Of a stretch of 64,000 bases of DNA, positions 59,717 to 64,000 are shown piece after piece. The translations under genes and the position numbers were made by a program. Below the pieces are notes generated by a model. The model saw only the letters and a program-made list of their open reading frames with translations, ran no database searches and was not told where the DNA came from. Each line of letters opens with the position of its first letter. Position 1 is the stretch's first letter. Origin of the DNA: Chloroflexi bacterium UBA5189 (GTDB lineage: Bacteria; Chloroflexota; Limnocylindria; Limnocylindrales; CSP1-4); NCBI GenBank assembly GCA_002413045.1, contig DHWF01000012.1, positions 13,365 to 77,364 on the forward strand, written 5' to 3'.

Positions 59717-61236
59717 TCTCCTTGTCGGGATCGACGTCGGAACGCAGAGCTCGAAGGGCGTGCTCGTGCGGTCGGACGGCACGCTTGTCGCCCAGGCGCG
59801 CGCCGAACACGGGATGGACGTGCCGCGGCGGGGCTGGGCCGAGCAGGATGCCGACACAGTCTGGTGGGCCGACGTCTGCTCGATCGCGCGCCGGCTTGCT
59901 GCCGCAGTGCCAGCGGGCGACCGTATCGGCGCGGTCGGCGTCAGCGCGATCGGGCCGACGATGGTGCCGCTTGACGCCGACGGGCGGCCGCTCCGGCCCG
60001 CGATCCTGTACGGCGTCGACACGCGGGCCACCGAGCAGATCGACGCGCTCGAGGCGCGCCACGGAGCGGCGAATCTCGCCGCGTGGTCCGGGATGGACCT
60101 GTCCAGCCAGGCGGTCGGGCCGAAGGTCGCCTGGCTCGCCAAGCACGAGCCGGAGACCCACGCGGCGGCCCGCTGGTTCGTGACCGCGACGACGTACCTC
60201 GTCCTTCGCCTGACCGGCGCGATGGTCATCGACGCGCACACGGCATCCCACTTCAACCCGCTCTTCGACCGATCGACGATCGGCTGGTCGGCCCGGTTCG
60301 CGGACGGCATCACGTCGATCGATCGCCTGCCGGCCATCGGCTGGCCGACCGACATCGCCGGCGTGGTGACGCCGGAGGCCGCTGCCGCCACTGGGCTGCC
60401 GGCCGGCGTCCCCGTGGCTGTCGGGACCGTGGACGCGCTCGCCGAGGGCGTGAGCGTCGGGGTCGCGCGCCCGGGCGACCTCATGGTCATGTACGGCAGC
60501 ACGACCTTCTTCATCCTCATCACGGAGGCGCCGGTCGAGGCCGGCAAGGTGTGGCTCACCGCGGGCGCCGAGCGCGGCCAGTGGGCCCTCGCCGCGGGCC
60601 TGGCGACGGGCGGCTCGGCGCTCGCGTGGTTCCGGGACCAGCTGGCGCCGGACCTCGTCGCCGCGGAGCGCGGCGGTGGCCCGTCGGCGTTCGCGGCCCT
60701 GTCGGCTGAGGCGGCGCTAGCGGACGCCGAGCTCGCGGCCGCCGCCCGCGAGGACCTCCTGTTCCTGCCGTACTTTTTCCGGCGAGCGGACGCCGATCAA
60801 CGACCCGCGCGCCCGCGGCGTCGCGGCCGGCCTGTCCCTCGGCACGGACCGCGGCGCCCTGTATCTCGGCCTGCTCCAGGGGATCGCCTATGCGACGCGC
60901 GCAAACCTCGAGGCTATGGGCGACCTCGGTGCGCCGATCCGGCGCGTCGTCGCGGTGGGCGGCGGGACGGCCGATCCGCTGCTCCTGCAGCTGGTCGCCG
61001 ATGCGGCTGGAGTCGAGCAGGAGATTCCCGGCCAGACCATCGGCGCGTCACGCGGCGATGCGCTCCTCGCGGGCCTCGCGTCCGGGATCGTGGCGCGCGA
61101 TGGGACGTCGGCGTGGATGTCGATCGACCGCATCGTCCGGCCTCGCTCGGACACCCGGGCGGCGCACGATCGCCGGTACGGCGCCTTCCGCGAGCTCTAT
61201 CTCGCCACGCGACCGATCGTCCACGGCCTAGGCTGA
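59709..61236 (+). pseudogene. FGGY-family carbohydrate kinase (xylulokinase-like) with a +1 frameshift in a T5 run (60775-60779), or a homopolymer assembly error
   Basis: The N-terminal frame reads 'LLVGIDVGTQSSKG...', ends at 'LLFLPYFF' and then gives Arg/Pro junk. The next frame reads 'GERTPINDPRARGVAAGLSLG...VVAVGGGTADPLLLQLVADA...ASRGDALLAG'. Removing one T gives the canonical 'PYFSGERTP'. The TTG start at 59709 is tentative. Confidence 0.8.
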
Positions 61237-61241
61237 CGTTG

Positions 61242-62210
61242 ATGCGGGCCGGGCCGACGTACTTCGACAACACGGGTCGCGACGATGCGTGGTCGGGCGG
61301 CGTGCGGCTGATCCCGATCACGACCCCGAAGGGCGAGTTCCGGGTATGGACGAAGCGCGTCGGCAGCAACCCAACCGTGAAGGTGCTGCTCCTGCACGGC
61401 GGTCCGGGCGCGACCCACGAGTACTTCGAGGCCTGCGATTCGTTCTTCCCCGGCGCCGGGATCGAGTACTACTACTACGACCAGCTTGGCTCGGCGTGGA
61501 GCGACCAGCCGGACGATCCGGACCTGTGGACGATCCCGCGCTTCGTCGACGAGGTCGAGCAGGTCAGGGTGGCGCTGGGCCTGGATCGGGACAACTTCTA
61601 CCTGCTCGGCCATTCGTGGGGCGGGATGCTGGCGATGGAGTACGCCCTCGAGCACCAGGGGCACCTCAAGGGGCTGGTGATCTCGAACATGATGAGCAGC
61701 GGCCCCGCCTACAACGCGTACGCCGAGCGAGTCCTCATGCCGGCGATGGACCAGGGCGTCCTCGCGGAGATCAAGGCCTTCGAAGCCAACGGCACCACCG
61801 ACGACCCGCGGTACATGGAGCTCCTCTACCCGAACCACTACGTCCAGCACATCCTGCGGCGGCCGCTCGACGAATGGCCGGATCCGGTCAACCGCGCGTT
61901 CGCGGCAATCAACCAGTCCATCTACGTGCCCATCCAGGGACCGAGCGAGCTCGGCGCCGGAGGATTGCTGCTCACCTGGGACCGAACGGAAGACCTGGCC
62001 CGGATCAAGGTCCCGACCCTCGTGATCGGCGCGGAGCACGACACGATGGACCCGGACTGGATGCGGATGATGGCGACAAGGCTTCCGCGCGGGAGCTACC
62101 TGCACTGCCCGGACGGCGGCCACATGGCCATGTACGACGACCAGGCGACCTGGTTCGACGGGCTCATCGCATTCATCGCACGCGTCGATCGCGAGGCTGC
62201 GGCCGGCTAG
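61242..62210 (+). CDS. Proline iminopeptidase-family alpha/beta hydrolase
   Basis: 'VLLLHGGPGATHEY', the nucleophile elbow 'LLGHSWGG' and the C-terminal 'GGHMAMYDD' are present. ATG at 61242. Confidence 0.88.
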   Translation: MRAGPTYFDNTGRDDAWSGGVRLIPITTPKGEFRVWTKRVGSNPTVKVLLLHGGPGATHEYFEACDSFFPGAGIEYYYYDQLGSAWSDQPDDPDLWTIPRFVDEVEQVRVALGLDRDNFYLLGHSWGGMLAMEYALEHQGHLKGLVISNMMSSGPAYNAYAERVLMPAMDQGVLAEIKAFEANGTTDDPRYMELLYPNHYVQHILRRPLDEWPDPVNRAFAAINQSIYVPIQGPSELGAGGLLLTWDRTEDLARIKVPTLVIGAEHDTMDPDWMRMMATRLPRGSYLHCPDGGHMAMYDDQATWFDGLIAFIARVDREAAAG

Positions 62211-62302
62211 ATCCTGAGCGCAGGAAACCGCTTGCGCTCCGGCGGCGTCTCCCGGGCCTCGCGGCAACCACACGCCGCATCGACCACGGATGGAGCCTCG
62301 CA

Positions 62303-63094
62303 ATGTCCTCCCGAACGATCTCGATCCCCGTGCCGGTTCCCGGCTCCCGAGCCGGCTGGCTCGCCACCGGGCTGGCCCTCGGTGCATTTGCCGCGATCCT
62401 CGCGGGACCCTTGCTGCAGACCCGCCATACCCTTGCCGCCGACCCGACGAGCACCACGCCGGAGCACACGATCTCCGTCTCCGGAACCGGGCACATCGTC
62501 CTCACCCCCGACACCGCGGACCTTCGCCTCGGTGTCAGCTCGACCGCCAAGACCGTCAAGGCGGCGCGCGCCGCCGCCGCCACGTCGATGACCTCGGTGA
62601 TCGCGAGCCTGAAGAGCCTCGGCATCGCCGACAAGGACATCCAGACTACGACCCTGTCGCTCCAGCCGACGTACGACTACACCGCCAACACCAACCCGCC
62701 GAGGATCACCGGGTACCAGCTGTCGAATGCCATCGCGGTCACGGTGCGTGACCTCGACAAGCTCGGTGACGCGATCGACAACTCGCTCGCCGCCGGCGCG
62801 ACCAGCCTCGATGGCGTCTCGTTCCGCGTCGCCGACCAGGCGGCGGCCGAGCAGCAGGCGCGCCAGGCTGCGATGGACGAGGCGAAGGCCAAGGCGAAGA
62901 CCCTCGCCGACGCGGCCGGGATCTCGATCAGCGGCGTGGCCTCGATCAACGAGACCGTCGCGCCCGTCCCCTACCCGGTCTACTACGGATTCGGTGCGGC
63001 CGGCGCCCCGCAGTCGACGGACGTCAAGACACCGGTCGAAGCCGGGTCGACCGAGGTCACGGTCACGGTCGCCGTGGTGTACCTGATCGGCTGA
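62303..63094 (+). CDS. SIMPL (DUF541) domain protein
   Basis: ATG at 62303 with an N-terminal TM/signal segment. 'ISVSGTGHIVLTPDTADLRLGV', 'GYQLSNAIAVTVRDLDKLG' and 'VEAGSTEVTVTVAVVYLI' are present. Confidence 0.8.
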   Translation: MSSRTISIPVPVPGSRAGWLATGLALGAFAAILAGPLLQTRHTLAADPTSTTPEHTISVSGTGHIVLTPDTADLRLGVSSTAKTVKAARAAAATSMTSVIASLKSLGIADKDIQTTTLSLQPTYDYTANTNPPRITGYQLSNAIAVTVRDLDKLGDAIDNSLAAGATSLDGVSFRVADQAAAEQQARQAAMDEAKAKAKTLADAAGISISGVASINETVAPVPYPVYYGFGAAGAPQSTDVKTPVEAGSTEVTVTVAVVYLIG

Positions 63095-63228
63095 ACGGTG
63101 CGGGCGATTCGGCCCGCGCGAATTGGGCCGAACGGCCCGATAGGCGCTCCGGCGCAGGGTTCATGATCACGCCAGCCGAGGGCGTCCCAGCCTGCGGCGC
63201 AGGTTCAGTGAGGTCTTCGGTGGACACC

Positions 63229-64000
63229 ATGCGATCGAATCGCGCGGCGGCTGTGCTACTTGGCGCCGCGCTCGTCATCGTCAACGGCTGTGCGAGCTCG
63301 GCGACCTCGCCGGCCTGGACGTTCACGGCGGAATCGGCGCCCTCAGCGGCCGCTGCGGAGACCGGCGCGCCATCGGCGGGGTCGTCGGCCGACGCGTCAT
63401 CGGTGCCGGTGGCCGTCGAGACGGCTGGGGCAAGCGAGCAGCCGGCCTCGTCCGCCTCGTCCGCGCCGTCCGATGTCGCCATCCACGTCAGCGAGTGGAG
63501 CGTCGGCGTGCCGACGACCATCCAGGCGGGGGCGGTGGACCTGTCGATCACCAACATCGGCAAGATCCCCCACGAGCTGCTCGTCTTCAAGAGCGACCTG
63601 GCCCCGTCGGCGTTCCCGCTCGACAGCCACGGCAACATCATCGAAGACGGTCCCGGCATCACGCTCGTGAGCGACGGCGACAACATCGACCCCGGTGCGA
63701 CGCAGAGCCGCAAGGCGGATCTGTCCCAGCCCGGCACGTACCTCTTCGTCTGCAATGTCCCGGGCCACTTCAAGGCGGGGATGTTCACGGTCGTCAACGT
63801 GACGCCGACGCCGCCGGCGGTCTTTCTGCCGGTCTCGTTGAACGAGTGGCACGTCGCCGTGCAGGACACCATCAAGGCCGGCCAGGTCACTGTCGAGGCA
63901 GCGAACTTCGGGACGATCCAGCACGAGCTGCTCGTGTTCAAGAGCGATCTCGCCCCCTCGGCCTATCCCGTGGACAAGGACGGCAACATCATCGAGGACG
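63229..64000 (+). CDS. Lipoprotein with tandem cupredoxin (type-1 copper) domains; 3' end leaves the window
   Basis: My translation runs from ATG 63229: MRSNRAAAVLLGAALVIVNGCASS... (lipobox). The first domain carries 'IPHELLVF' and 'YLFVCNVPGHFKAGM' (H...C-x2-P-G-H-x4-M copper ligands). A second domain begins with 'IQHELLVFKSDLAPSAYP'. It is absent from the ORF track because there is no stop in the window. Confidence 0.8.
   Translation, partial: MRSNRAAAVLLGAALVIVNGCASSATSPAWTFTAESAPSAAAAETGAPSAGSSADASSVPVAVETAGASEQPASSASSAPSDVAIHVSEWSVGVPTTIQAGAVDLSITNIGKIPHELLVFKSDLAPSAFPLDSHGNIIEDGPGITLVSDGDNIDPGATQSRKADLSQPGTYLFVCNVPGHFKAGMFTVVNVTPTPPAVFLPVSLNEWHVAVQDTIKAGQVTVEAANFGTIQHELLVFKSDLAPSAYPVDKDGNIIED

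Noticed and set aside
60775-60779. Programmed +1 ribosomal frameshifting at the T5 run in the FGGY kinase.
   Set aside because: I could recognise no known +1 frameshift context such as a rare or stop codon in the A site with a stimulatory Shine-Dalgarno. FGGY kinases are not known to use recoding, so a single-base indel is the simpler explanation.
59619-62210. The 863-aa plus-strand ORF as a kinase-peptidase fusion protein.
   Set aside because: The central ~150 aa are Arg/Pro junk created by a +1 shift in a T5 run. The real units are a frameshifted FGGY kinase (59709..61236) and a separate proline iminopeptidase starting at ATG 61242.

Overview
The window is very GC-rich (GC content not computed) and densely packed with about 62 protein-coding genes on both strands. 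I recognised no rRNA, tRNA, CRISPR array, transposase, integrase or prophage structural genes. Ten adjacent gene pairs share 4-nt start/stop overlaps (GTGA or ATGA), which points to operons with translational coupling.

Gene content, in order:
- A giant hybrid histidine kinase (>2131 aa; its 3' end leaves the window at position 1, so it is missing from the ORF track) with nine tandem GAF modules.
- A GNAT acetyltransferase, a holin-family IV membrane protein, and a LysM protein paired with a GT87-like membrane glycosyltransferase.
- A nickel superoxide dismutase with its maturation protease (sodN-sodX).
- F420-type oxidoreductases, a MarR + DHA2 efflux pair, a Rieske protein and a LOG protein.
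- A run of three lipoprotein genes, and xthA.
- Two ECF sigma/anti-sigma modules.
- An operon encoding a fused heme A/heme O synthase, a beta-CASP RNase and an orphan non-pyrrolysine MttB-family methyltransferase.
- lepB.
- Pyrimidine genes in Bacillus-like order (pyrR-pyrB-pyrC ... pyrK-pyrD ... pyrE), split by about 6.4 kb of unrelated genes. A PyrR-binding RNA motif overlaps the pyrR Shine-Dalgarno.
- lipB coupled to a GalT-like gene with an altered active-site motif.
- A Hcy methyltransferase, a CaCA antiporter, PAP2-PAP2-DAGK facing PhoD, a sugar isomerase and a sugar kinase.
- A proline iminopeptidase, a SIMPL protein, and a tandem-cupredoxin lipoprotein that runs off the right edge.

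Two genes (DUF4349 and the FGGY kinase) carry single-base frameshifts. These may be assembly errors.

I found no clearly delimited new multi-gene system such as a defence island. The most unusual items are:
- the modular amplification inside the kinase gene;
- the uncharacterised block inserted in the pyr cluster (an acidic internally duplicated protein, a small alpha/beta-like protein, a membrane protein, a GT1, a PLP decarboxylase, a zinc-ribbon membrane protein and an FAD amine oxidase);
- the orphan MttB homologue;
- the GalT-like protein whose catalytic His is replaced.

All functional calls rest on motif and family recognition by eye, not on database searches. Many long Arg/Pro/Gly-rich ORFs in the track are out-of-frame shadows typical of high-GC DNA and were not called.
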